In this document: positions 9,110-17,798 of the stretch, in pieces
How positions within the stretch are numbered: position 1 is the stretch's first letter
Layout of the letters: each line of letters opens with the position of its first letter
DNA from: a bacterium
GTDB taxonomy: Bacteria; Lernaellota; Lernaellaia; Lernaellales; Lernaellaceae
Length of the DNA: 53,531 bases
Assembly: GCA_036743315.1 (NCBI GenBank)
Contig: DAINPV010000001.1
Span: 1 to 53,531, forward strand
Direction of reading: 5' to 3'
Notes under the pieces: model-generated
Told to the model about the DNA's origin: nothing
Database searches by the model: none
The model's input: only the letters and a program-made list of their open reading frames with translations
Made by a program: the position numbers and the translations under genes

Positions 9110-9373
9110 ATGAAAAAGGCTATCATCATTCTGACCGCCATCTGCTTCTTGCTCAGCGGCTTCGCACTGATGGGCTGCGGCAAAAAGGAAGAGCCGGCTC
9201 CGGTGCAGATCACGCCGAAACCCGCTCCGAAACCGGCTGAGCCGATTGCCGTGAAGCCGGCCGAACCGGAGAAATCGTCCGCTCCGGTGCCCCCGGAAAA
9301 AGTTGAGATGAAGAAGAAGCCGAAGAGCGACAAAAAGCCGGCGAAGGTCGGTGGTCTGAAGAAGAAGAAGTAA
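9110..9373 (+). CDS. Small Pro/Lys-rich lipoprotein
   Basis: GGAGG RBS. MKKAIIILTAICFLLSGFALMGC lipobox, then PAPKPAEP repeats and a KKKPKSDKKPAK tail. Confidence 0.65.
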   Translation: MKKAIIILTAICFLLSGFALMGCGKKEEPAPVQITPKPAPKPAEPIAVKPAEPEKSSAPVPPEKVEMKKKPKSDKKPAKVGGLKKKK

Positions 9374-9396
9374 GCTATCCATGATTCCATGAAATT

Positions 9397-9430
9397 GGGG
9401 CATCCCTGCGAAGGGGTGCCCTAATTTTTT
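9397..9430 (+). terminator. Intrinsic terminator
   Basis: GGGGCATCCC-TGCGAA-GGGGTGCCC hairpin followed by TAATTTTTT. Confidence 0.6.
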
Positions 9431-10007
9431 GGGGGCGCGTTTGCTGCACGAACTGGACGTCGCGCTGTTTCGGCTGATCAACGGCCGCTGGACCTGCCGC
9501 CTGGGCGACTGGCTGGCCGTGGCGCTGGACAAACCTTGGTGGCTGTGGCTGCCGCTGGGGGCACTGGCGTTGTATCTGCTGCTCAAGGGCGACCGGCGGG
9601 CGCGGTTGTTCGTGGCGACGGCGCTGTTGGCGGTGGCGGCGAGCGACCTTTTCTGTGCGCAGGCCCTCAAGCCGTGGATCGCGCGCCTCCGTCCGTGCGT
9701 GGCGCTCGAGGGCGTGCGGGCGCTGGTCGGGGTGAAACGCAGTTGGTCGATGCCCTCGAACCACGCGGCGAACATGGCGGCGTTCGCGTTCGTCGTCGGC
9801 GTGTATTATCGCAAATGGCTTGTGTCGGCGGCGCTGATCGCGTTGGTCGTCGCCTGGAGCCGGGTATACGTCGGCGTGCATTATCCGCTGGACGTGCTGG
9901 TCGGTGCGGCGGTGGGTTGCGGCATGGCCTGTCCGGCGGTCGGGATCGTGCGGGGGGTCGAGGCGTTTTTCCGCAAGGATGAAGGCGACGATGCCGCGCC
10001 CCGCTGA
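9429..10007 (+). CDS. PAP2-family lipid phosphatase
   Basis: The three PAP2 motifs KPWIARLRP, PSNH and SRVYVGVHYPLD. The start (TTG 9429) is uncertain. Confidence 0.85.
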   Translation: MGARLLHELDVALFRLINGRWTCRLGDWLAVALDKPWWLWLPLGALALYLLLKGDRRARLFVATALLAVAASDLFCAQALKPWIARLRPCVALEGVRALVGVKRSWSMPSNHAANMAAFAFVVGVYYRKWLVSAALIALVVAWSRVYVGVHYPLDVLVGAAVGCGMACPAVGIVRGVEAFFRKDEGDDAAPR

Positions 10008-11463
10008 GTCGCCGCCAACGTCGGCGCCCTGGCCGGTGCGCGCGGCGCCGTACCTGCCGCCGCTGTTGCTGTTGTTGGCGTTGTACGCGCCTTTTGTTTC
10101 TCCCTATCCGTTTTACGAAACCGACACGGCGATGCTGCTGGCTCGGGGCCGGTTATGGCAGCCCTATTTGCTGGCGTTTCCATTGCAGATGATGCTGACC
10201 AACGCGATCGCGTGGTTGGCGGCGGGCGCGGGCGCAACCTATGCGACGGCGGCGCACGGTCTGATGCTGGCGACGGCGGCGGCGAATCTGCTGCTGGTGG
10301 TGCGCATCGGACAACGCGCGGGCGCGGCCTGGGCGGCGTCGCTGACGGCCGCGGCGCTGGCGACCGCACCGCTGTTCGCGCGCAACGCGTTGATCTTCGA
10401 AACCTACGGCCTGCATTGTCTGCTGGTGCTGGCGTCGCTCGCCTGTTTTTTTCGCTGGCTGGAGGATCGCGACGAACGCGCGTTGTTCGCCGCGCTGGCG
10501 ATCGCCGGACTGGGCTTATTTCATCATCCGATGATTGTGGCTTTTTTACCGCCGCTGCTGTTCGCGGGGATCGCCGCGAAGCTGCCCCTTCGCCGTTGGA
10601 CGGCATTGGGTGCGTTGACGCTGGCAGCGCTGGCGGCACAGTTGTGGGTGTTTCGCGATTGCCTCGACTTGCACAACGGATTTTTCCCCTTCGTGCGACA
10701 GACGGTCGAACTGACCACGGGCATCGGCGGTTACGGCGGCCGGTTCATGGACTTGACGATCGTGCCGCACAACCTCGGTCTGTTTTGGCGGCGGGCGACG
10801 GAGATGTTGTCGGCGCCCGCCTGGGCGGCGTTGCTGGCGCTGGGCGCGGCGGGGCTGGTGTGGCGGCGGCGGGAAAGCGCGTGGCTGGCAGCGATCATCG
10901 CGCTGCACGCGCTGCTGGCATTTCCCTATGCGATCAACGAGATCTTCAACTATTTTCTGCCGTTGTTCGGTTACCTGCTGGTGTGGGCCGTGCTCGGCGC
11001 GGCGGCCGTTGCCGAACGGCTGGGGGAAAAAACCTACCGACTGGTGGTGCTCGCGCTGACCGTGCTGCTGGGTCTGAGCATGTTGCCGGCCGCGCAGCGT
11101 TCGCTCGCAGACATGCGCTACAAAACGATGCAGGCGGAAAACCGGTATTTCCTGGGATTGACGCTGGTGGCCGACCGACGCGCCGACGCTCTGGCCGAGG
11201 GCGACGAACTGCTGTGCAACATCGTCAACTACCTGGACGTCGACGCCGGCGGGCATGCCGACTATTGCCGTTATCCGCCGGCGGATTCACCGCCGCTTTG
11301 CCGGACCGGGGAAACGTTGTTATGGCTGCACGGCTTGACCGCGATCGAGACCGGTCATAGACGGTTGTCGCTGAAGCCGGTCAAACCGGCGGTCATCCGC
11401 TTCTCGCAACCAAGATTTTTCTACGCACCGACAATGGTTTATGAAATGGATTGCGACCCATGA
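9979..11463 (+). CDS. Polytopic membrane protein, probable GT-C glycosyltransferase (ArnT/PMT/DUF2723-like)
   Basis: More than 10 predicted TM helices, a soluble C-terminal domain, and position directly after the PAP2 gene (29-nt overlap). ATG 9979. Confidence 0.6.
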   Translation: MKATMPRPAESPPTSAPWPVRAAPYLPPLLLLLALYAPFVSPYPFYETDTAMLLARGRLWQPYLLAFPLQMMLTNAIAWLAAGAGATYATAAHGLMLATAAANLLLVVRIGQRAGAAWAASLTAAALATAPLFARNALIFETYGLHCLLVLASLACFFRWLEDRDERALFAALAIAGLGLFHHPMIVAFLPPLLFAGIAAKLPLRRWTALGALTLAALAAQLWVFRDCLDLHNGFFPFVRQTVELTTGIGGYGGRFMDLTIVPHNLGLFWRRATEMLSAPAWAALLALGAAGLVWRRRESAWLAAIIALHALLAFPYAINEIFNYFLPLFGYLLVWAVLGAAAVAERLGEKTYRLVVLALTVLLGLSMLPAAQRSLADMRYKTMQAENRYFLGLTLVADRRADALAEGDELLCNIVNYLDVDAGGHADYCRYPPADSPPLCRTGETLLWLHGLTAIETGHRRLSLKPVKPAVIRFSQPRFFYAPTMVYEMDCDP

Positions 11464-11487
11464 AAGCCGGCAAAGGCAACTGCGGTT

Positions 11488-11822
11488 TTTCCCACAAATC
11501 GCTCAATTGTGAAAAAACAAACGGTTAATCCAGGGATTTTTATTTTGCTTCCACCTGTGGATAAGTTGTGCATAAAAGCGCAACATAGCCCGGGACAAGC
11601 GTTTTTTCGATTTGAGTGAGAATATTTCTCAATTGTCCGGTCAATAATCTGCCGCCGCCGGTCAATAACTTTTGCAACTAGTTGATATGAGTAAATATTT
11701 AGTAGCCCATGAATATTCAACATGGGGATTTCCATGGTTTTTCGGGCGTTAATGCATCTTGCATTTGGCCGTACTTCGGAGTTTTATGATTATCGTTTGT
11801 GTTTTCCACAAACTTATCCACA
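11488..11822. promoter_or_regulatory. DnaA-box cluster in an AT-rich intergenic gap
   Basis: TGTGGATAA 11556-11564 (perfect, reverse) and TTATCCACA 11814-11822 (perfect). TTTTCCACA 11802-11810 (8/9) and TTTCCCACA 11488-11496 (7/9). AT-rich stretch about 11680-11720. Confidence 0.5.
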
Positions 11823-11879
11823 GGAGGGCCCGACGCTGACGGCGGCGGACGTTCATAATCATGGGCGCGGAGGCGATTC

Positions 11880-13427
11880 GTGCGGATAGAATCGTCCCGC
11901 CTTTCGCCGCGGTGGCAGGGACCGGCGTACCTGCTGCTGGCGATCAGCGCCGTGCTGGCGATCTACCTGCCCAGCCTCGATCTGCTGTTGTTCGCCGACG
12001 ATTACATCGCCTGGAGCAAGGTGCTTTCGACGATCAAGGAACCGTGGTGGCGACTGTTCGGCTACAATTACAATCCGGAGTTTTATCGGCCCTTCGAGCA
12101 TCTGTTGATCCGCTTCAACGTGTGGATCGCCGGCTTCAACCCCATCCCCTATCGCGTGGCGACGATCCTGGGCCATCTGCTGATGGTCGTGGGCGTGTAT
12201 TGGTTCGCGCGGCGGTTCCGCTTTCGTTTTCGTTCGGCGATCGCCGCGGCGCTGATTTTCGGCCTGAGTCACGCCAACGCCATGGCGGTGCTTTCCAACG
12301 ACGCGGCCAACCAGATCTACTCCACGTTGTTCGGGATGATCGCCCTGGGCATGCTGCTGCGCCGGGAAGACAAACGGCCGTTGAATCAACCGGCGGCGAT
12401 CATCGGCGCCTTGTGGCTGATGGGCGCGCTGTTGTGGAAGGATTCGGGCATCAGTTATGTGCCGGCGTTGGCGATTGTGCTGAGCGACGAGGTGCGGCGA
12501 TGCGACCGCGGCGAGCGGTTGCGCGCGTTGGTGCGCCTTTGTTGGCCGTTCGTCGTCGTGTTGATCGTCTATTTCGCGCTGCGCTTCAACGCGGGAGTAA
12601 GCGGGCCGGGCTGGGGCAAAACCGGGCGCTACGATCTGTGGCCGGGCATGAATGTCATCGTCAACACGATTCTTTTTCTGCTGGGGTTGTTCACCCCGGT
12701 CGGCAGCAGCGTGATTGTGCTGCGAATGAACGATGCCGCTTTTTTAGCCGCCTGGGGCGCATCGTTGTTGGTGACCGCGGCGGTCTTCGGGATCGGGGCT
12801 TATTGGCGCTGGCGCAACCAGGAGCAGGGTCGGTGGCAAGTGGTGATGTTGCTGGCCTTGATGTTCGCGGTGATGTTGCCCGACGTGCTGATGGCGAAGA
12901 TTAGCGAATTGTACGTTTACAAGCCGAACGTCTTTTTCGCCATTTTACTCGGCGCGGGCCTGATCGGTGTGTTCCACATTTTATGGGACCGGAAAAAGCT
13001 CATACTTTTCACCTTGTTGTTGATCTTCTCCGGCGTGATGATTTTTTCGAACAGCTATTCGATACAACACAAAATGCACCGGCTGCGCGATAACGGTTTG
13101 TTGACCAAACGCCTGGTGGGCGAAATTAAACGACAGATGCCGGAACTGGCCTCGCGCAAGATTCTGGCGGTCAACCGCAGCCCGGGACCGGCGCCGCTGT
13201 ACTCGATCTACTACATGGAGGGGGTGTATGTGCTGGGCGGCGGGAAGGTCTTCGAGTATCTCTATGGGCAAAAACTGGAAGAATTCCGGTATTACAAATT
13301 CGAGGAGCTTGACCGCGGCCTACAGGAAATACCCGGGCGAAAGGTTGTCGTTCTCTTCCGGCGCAACCATATCCACCTGGCGGTGGTCGACGGGGAAAAA
13401 AATCCGTTTACCTCCATGGCCCCCTGA
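11880..13427 (+). CDS. Polytopic membrane protein, probable GT-C glycosyltransferase (PMT/ArnT-like)
   Basis: N-terminal loop DDYIAW...FYRPFEHL is typical of GT-C enzymes. About 12 TM helices and a soluble C-terminal domain. GTG 11880. Confidence 0.65.
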   Translation: MRIESSRLSPRWQGPAYLLLAISAVLAIYLPSLDLLLFADDYIAWSKVLSTIKEPWWRLFGYNYNPEFYRPFEHLLIRFNVWIAGFNPIPYRVATILGHLLMVVGVYWFARRFRFRFRSAIAAALIFGLSHANAMAVLSNDAANQIYSTLFGMIALGMLLRREDKRPLNQPAAIIGALWLMGALLWKDSGISYVPALAIVLSDEVRRCDRGERLRALVRLCWPFVVVLIVYFALRFNAGVSGPGWGKTGRYDLWPGMNVIVNTILFLLGLFTPVGSSVIVLRMNDAAFLAAWGASLLVTAAVFGIGAYWRWRNQEQGRWQVVMLLALMFAVMLPDVLMAKISELYVYKPNVFFAILLGAGLIGVFHILWDRKKLILFTLLLIFSGVMIFSNSYSIQHKMHRLRDNGLLTKRLVGEIKRQMPELASRKILAVNRSPGPAPLYSIYYMEGVYVLGGGKVFEYLYGQKLEEFRYYKFEELDRGLQEIPGRKVVVLFRRNHIHLAVVDGEKNPFTSMAP

Positions 13428-13605
13428 CCGAAAAGAGGAACGGAAGCAAGAATTTCAGCTTGGAAATTGGCCCTTACTTCCAATATTTCTTTTGAACAAA
13501 TGTTCAAAAAGTGCTGGAAAATCAAAAAGTTCTTTAGCTTCTTCAAAAACGGCCGATACAACAAGCAGGGGTAAGAAACGAACAGGCTATGGTAGGTAAT
13601 TTGGC

Positions 13606-13797
13606 ATGAAAACGCTCTATTTACGCAGCTTGATCACCATGTTGTTGGTGTTTGGATTGCTGATCGGATCGATCGTCTATTTCTCCACTTTCGACGACCG
13701 ACCGCAACTGGAAGCGGACACGCATCAGTTGGCGGAAACGGTCATGACCCAGGTCGAACCCGACGTGGTCTGCCTCAGCGACGTCTTGACCGCCTAG
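13606..13797 (+). CDS. Possible small single-pass membrane protein (63 aa)
   Basis: LITMLLVFGLLIGSIVYF hydrophobic helix. Weak RBS. Lies between the palindrome at 13492 and the lipoprotein gene. Confidence 0.35.
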   Translation: MKTLYLRSLITMLLVFGLLIGSIVYFSTFDDRPQLEADTHQLAETVMTQVEPDVVCLSDVLTA

Positions 13798-13907
13798 TCT
13801 AATCCTTTGACACTCAGCCTCGATATTTGCTATGAACAAGAGCGACGATTGTTCTTTGCCAAGAAACGATTTTCCAAAATCTTGGATACCACTAAGGGAG
13901 GTTTAGT

Positions 13908-15344
13908 ATGAGTCGAACCATCCGATTTATTTCGTTGCTGACGGTCGTGCTGGCGATGTTCTGGCTGGCCGGCTGCGAAGAGGCGGCGGAAGATGCGCTG
14001 GAAGAAGCGACCGGATACGATTGGGAATTGAGTGAAGACGAGTTCGCGGACAACTCCGGCGTGGACACGCCGGGCAACTGGTACTTTCTGTTTGCGGTGA
14101 ATTTGGGCGAGGACGAAGTGGAAGCCATCGACCAGACGTTCTCGGTCGACGTTTCCATGTTCGAAGACCTGATCAACCTGGACGAGATCGAATACCAGGT
14201 GGTGTTCGCCAAGGCCGATGCGCTGCCCAACGGCGCGGGCAACGGCCTGCGTTACGCCAACAAACTGCTGCTCGACGACGGCAAAATCAAGCTGGACGGC
14301 GAGACGCTGGAAAAACTGGGTCCGTCGATCGGTTCGTCCGGCGCGGGCTGGTACGCCGCGTACTTCAGCGGCAAGCCGGTCGGCTACCTCACCGGTACGG
14401 TCACCGACTGTGACGGCGGCACGCCGTCCGCTGACGACATCCTGGTGACGGCCTCCGACGGTCCGTTCTTCACCTTCGCGGTCGACGGCTCCTGGGCGCT
14501 GCCCAGCCTCGACGACAAACCCGCGATGGTCAACTTCGACGCCGGCGACTGCGCCGGTTCCGACGCCGGTCCGGTGACCGACACGGGCGAAGAAGAGAAC
14601 CCGAAGGATCCGGGCAGCGAACCGCCCAATGATCCGTTCGGCAGCGACGACACCAACGTGGTGGCCGTGGGCGAAACCGACCTGGCGGACGATCAACCGG
14701 GCGGCGGCACCACCGGCAACGGCGAACGCTTCGAGTTCGACGACTCGATCGGCAACTGGGGCAACACCGGCGACTGCTTCACGATCGTCAACGACGATCC
14801 GGACGCCTACGGCGAATTGTTCCCGAGCGGCGCCGATGCGACCGGCAGCTTCGCCTACATCTCGACGGGCAGCCCGACCGGCAGCGTGCAGGCTTGCACC
14901 GTGATGCGGACCTTCAACGTTTCCGGCTACAGCGAAGTGGCCGTGGGCTACGACTTCCTGAGCCAGGAATACGCCGAATGGGTCGGCTCGCCCTACAACG
15001 ACATCTTCACCATGCAGGTGCAGGGCGACACCGGCTACATCGTGCACCGCACGATCAACGGCGAGAACAACTGGGAAAACCTGACCAACACCGACATCGG
15101 CTTCATCGGCACGAGCCCCGACGCGCAGTACAACACCCCGGCCAACCAGTTGGACGGCCATCTGGTATGGGAAGGCGGCAGCTCGCCGCGCGGTGAGGAC
15201 GACGACCTGAACGTGACCGGCTCCGAGGCCGTGTACGCCTTGCCCGAAGGCGCGACCACGATCACCATCCTGATCACCATCAGCGACGTGGCCGACGCGA
15301 TTTACGACTCGGTGGCGGCGATCGACTACATCGAATTCCGCTAA
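13908..15344 (+). CDS. Acidic lipoprotein; C-terminal region resembles a choice-of-anchor-L-type domain
   Basis: GGGAGG RBS and lipobox WLAGC. YISTGS...YDFLSQEYAEWVGSPYNDIF resembles the F.F.S.EY.E.VGS.FND.F signature (from memory, low certainty). Confidence 0.7.
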   Translation: MSRTIRFISLLTVVLAMFWLAGCEEAAEDALEEATGYDWELSEDEFADNSGVDTPGNWYFLFAVNLGEDEVEAIDQTFSVDVSMFEDLINLDEIEYQVVFAKADALPNGAGNGLRYANKLLLDDGKIKLDGETLEKLGPSIGSSGAGWYAAYFSGKPVGYLTGTVTDCDGGTPSADDILVTASDGPFFTFAVDGSWALPSLDDKPAMVNFDAGDCAGSDAGPVTDTGEEENPKDPGSEPPNDPFGSDDTNVVAVGETDLADDQPGGGTTGNGERFEFDDSIGNWGNTGDCFTIVNDDPDAYGELFPSGADATGSFAYISTGSPTGSVQACTVMRTFNVSGYSEVAVGYDFLSQEYAEWVGSPYNDIFTMQVQGDTGYIVHRTINGENNWENLTNTDIGFIGTSPDAQYNTPANQLDGHLVWEGGSSPRGEDDDLNVTGSEAVYALPEGATTITILITISDVADAIYDSVAAIDYIEFR

Positions 15345-15365
15345 ACCGTAATCCTGTGAGTGAAA

Positions 15366-15396
15366 AGCCCGGGGCGAACGCCTCGGGCTTTTTTTA
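15366..15396 (+). terminator. Intrinsic terminator (copy 1 of a duplicated hairpin)
   Basis: AGCCCGGGG-CGAACG-CCTCGGGCT followed by T7. Confidence 0.7.
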
Positions 15397-15420
15397 TGCG
15401 CGTGGGTGCAATCGCCGCCC

Positions 15421-15552
15421 TCATCCCCGGCCTTTCTCCCACAGGGAGAAGGGAATCCGGGTTGCCCGAAAAAATCCGGGACATGTACTCGCTACGTGTC
15501 CCGTGATTTTCAATTTGGGAGAGGGTCGGGCGACAGCCCGAGGTGAGGGCGA
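15421..15552 (+). repeat. Hairpin-rich REP/MITE-like repeat, copy A
   Basis: About 85-90 % identical by eye to the reverse complement of 19998-20140. Contains TCTCCCACAGGGAGA and GGGACATGTACTCGCTACGTGTCCC palindromes. Lacks 13 nt of the third hairpin. Confidence 0.8.
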
Positions 15553-15560
15553 AAGGAATG

Positions 15561-15590
15561 AGCCCGGGGCGAACACCTCGGGCTTTTTTA
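15561..15590. terminator. Second copy of the same terminator hairpin; overlaps the stop codon of the SnoaL-like gene
   Basis: AGCCCGGGGCGAACACCTCGGGCT plus T6. One substitution relative to 15366-15396. Confidence 0.6.
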
Positions 15591-15974
15591 TGGGCGTTTT
15601 TGCGTCAGCGCCAACAGCGGCGCGCGGTCGAAGTACACCTCGTTGCGTACAATCTTGTCGCCGCGCAGGAGCACGAGATCCATGCCGTCGGACTCGACGA
15701 CGCGCTCGTCGTTTTTCAGCCGAAACGTGGCGCGCCACAGCAGCGCGCAGCCGTCGCCGTCGGCCAGCGGCCGCACTTCGCGCACGGCCCAGGTCATCGT
15801 CCAGGCGGCGAAAAGCTTGGCGACGTAACGCCGCAGGTTGTCCGCGCCATGCACCGCGCCGGTCGTGTTGGGATCGACGTACTCGACGTCGTCGGCGTAG
15901 AAAGCCAGCACGCGTTCGACGTCCTGCGCGGTCCACGCGGCCAGAAACCGTTCCATGCGTTCGTGAAGGTCCAT
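15588..15974 (-). CDS. SnoaL-like / NTF2-fold protein
   Basis: 128 aa. FLAAWTAQDVERVLAFYADDVEYVDP is a typical SnoaL N-terminal helix-strand pattern. Last gene of the btu-like operon. Confidence 0.7.
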   Translation of the reverse strand: MDLHERMERFLAAWTAQDVERVLAFYADDVEYVDPNTTGAVHGADNLRRYVAKLFAAWTMTWAVREVRPLADGDGCALLWRATFRLKNDERVVESDGMDLVLLRGDKIVRNEVYFDRAPLLALTQKRP

Positions 15975-15984
15975 ACCTGCCTCC

Positions 15985-17010
15985 TCAATCCCAGAAGCGG
16001 GCGCGTTTTTTCGCGCGCAGCAACAAGCCGATGAAAAACGGTCCGCCCAGCGCGGCGGTCAGGATGCCCACCGGAATCTCCACCGGGGCGATGACCGTGC
16101 GCGCGGCGGTGTCGCACAGAATCAAAAAGCCCGCGCCGGTCAGCAGCGAGGCGGGCAGCAGCACGCGATGATCCGCACCGATCAGCAGTCGCACGGTATG
16201 CGGTACGATCAGGCCGACGAAGCCGATCGGGCCGGCCAGCGCCACCACCGAGCCGGTGGCCAGCGAAGCGGCGAAGTAGCACAAGCGTTGTGCGCGCCGC
16301 ACGTTCACGCCGCGCGCGGCGGCCAGCTCGACGCCCAGGCTCAACTGGTTGAGCGCGCCGGCATGGGCCAGCAGCAGCGTGACGCCGGCCAGCACGAAGG
16401 GCGTCAGCCGCGCGACTTCGCCGTAGCCGACGACATCCAGCCCGCCCATCATCCAGCGCAGCATGCGGTGCGTCTGCGTAAAGTCGGAGAGGTAGAACAC
16501 CAGTAGGATCAACGCCGAGAAAAAGAAGCTGATCGTCACGCCGGCCAGCAGCAGCAACGAGGTCGACAACACGCCGCGCGTGCGCGCCAGCAGGTAGACC
16601 ACGCCGACCGTGCCCGCGGCGCCGGCGAAGGAAAACAGGATCAACGGTGAGAAGCCGAACAGTGCCACGTCCAGCCCCAGCTTGATCGCCAGCACCGCGC
16701 CCAACGCGCCGCCGCTGGAAACGCCCAACGTGAACGGCTCGGCCAGCGGGTTGCGCAGCAGCGCCTGAAACGCCGCGCCCGCCAGCGCCAGCGCCGCGCC
16801 GGCCAACGCCGCGAGCAGCAGGCGCGGCAGGCGGGTGAGAAACAACACGCTCGCGTCGAGGCTTGCGCTCGGCTCGTGCCGGTGCGCCAGGGCCTGCGCG
16901 AGGTCGATGTCCACCGAGCCGATCAGCGGGCACAGCAGCGCAACGCCGACGAAGAACAAGGCGAAAGGCGCGAGCGTCATAGCGAAGCGGCCGGGCGTGA
17001 GGGCGTTCAT
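15985..17010 (-). CDS. FecCD/BtuC-family ABC permease
   Basis: About 10 TM helices, with AGAAFQALLRNPLAEPFTLGVSSGGALGA and a LTAALGGPFFIGLL C-terminus. Confidence 0.9.
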   Translation of the reverse strand: MNALTPGRFAMTLAPFALFFVGVALLCPLIGSVDIDLAQALAHRHEPSASLDASVLFLTRLPRLLLAALAGAALALAGAAFQALLRNPLAEPFTLGVSSGGALGAVLAIKLGLDVALFGFSPLILFSFAGAAGTVGVVYLLARTRGVLSTSLLLLAGVTISFFFSALILLVFYLSDFTQTHRMLRWMMGGLDVVGYGEVARLTPFVLAGVTLLLAHAGALNQLSLGVELAAARGVNVRRAQRLCYFAASLATGSVVALAGPIGFVGLIVPHTVRLLIGADHRVLLPASLLTGAGFLILCDTAARTVIAPVEIPVGILTAALGGPFFIGLLLRAKKRARFWD

Positions 17011-17798
17011 CGGCGATCCTCCCGCACGCCGGGCAGCAGGAAGGGCGTCACGCCGTCGGCGCGCACGCCGACCTCGACGTCGACGCCGTAGTGCCGGGCG
17101 ATCAACTCGGCGCGTAAAATCTCCGTCGCGCCGCCGTCGGCGACGATGCGCCCCTGCGCGAGCAGCACCAGGCGCGGGCAGAAACGCGCGGCGAGGTTCA
17201 GATCGTGGGTGACGGCCACGACGGTCAAGTCGCGCTCGCGGTTGAGCCGCCGCAGCGTTTCGTAGATCTCCACCTGAAAGCGCAGATCCAGCGCGGCGGT
17301 CGGCTCGTCCAGCAACAGCACTTCCGGCTCCTGCGCCAAGGCCGCGGCCAAGGTCGCCCGCTGCCGCTCGCCGCCGGACAACTCGAGCACGCTACGCTCG
17401 GCCAGCGCTTCCATGCCGGTGGCGGTCAGGGCCGCGCGCGCCGCGGCGAGATCGTTTTGATCCTCGAAGGGCGACCAGCCGCGGTAGGGGTGGCGCGCCA
17501 TGAGCACGTATTGCCCGACGGTGAAGGGGAAATGGAAATGCACTTCCTGCGGCATGAAGGCCAGGCGGCGGGCCAACTCGACCGGCGGCCAGGCGGCCAG
17601 CTCGCGCCCGGCGAAGATGACCACGCCGCCGGCGGGCTCGAGCAGCCCGGCGAGCAGCTTCAACAACGTCGATTTGCCCGCGCCGTTGGGCCCGACCAGC
17701 GCGACCATCTGCCCCGGCTCGATCGCCAGGTTCACCGCGTCGACGACCGGCGCGTCGCGGTAGGCGAAGGTCGCGTTTTCGGCCAGCAGGCGGCTCAT
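17007..17798 (-). CDS. ABC transporter ATPase (BtuD/FhuC-like)
   Basis: Walker A GPNGAGKST, signature LSGGERQR, Walker B LLLDEPT. 4-nt overlaps with both neighbours. Confidence 0.9.
   Translation of the reverse strand: MSRLLAENATFAYRDAPVVDAVNLAIEPGQMVALVGPNGAGKSTLLKLLAGLLEPAGGVVIFAGRELAAWPPVELARRLAFMPQEVHFHFPFTVGQYVLMARHPYRGWSPFEDQNDLAAARAALTATGMEALAERSVLELSGGERQRATLAAALAQEPEVLLLDEPTAALDLRFQVEIYETLRRLNRERDLTVVAVTHDLNLAARFCPRLVLLAQGRIVADGGATEILRAELIARHYGVDVEVGVRADGVTPFLLPGVREDRR

Noticed and set aside
15356-16171. 271-aa plus-strand ORF and the 134-aa ORF 19807-20211, whose translations contain SHREKG, LGEGRA and PQGEGRPG type peptides.
   Set aside because: These are translations of the hairpin-rich repeat copies A and B and of antisense coding DNA. 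The recurring peptide motifs come from the palindromic repeat, not from a protein family.
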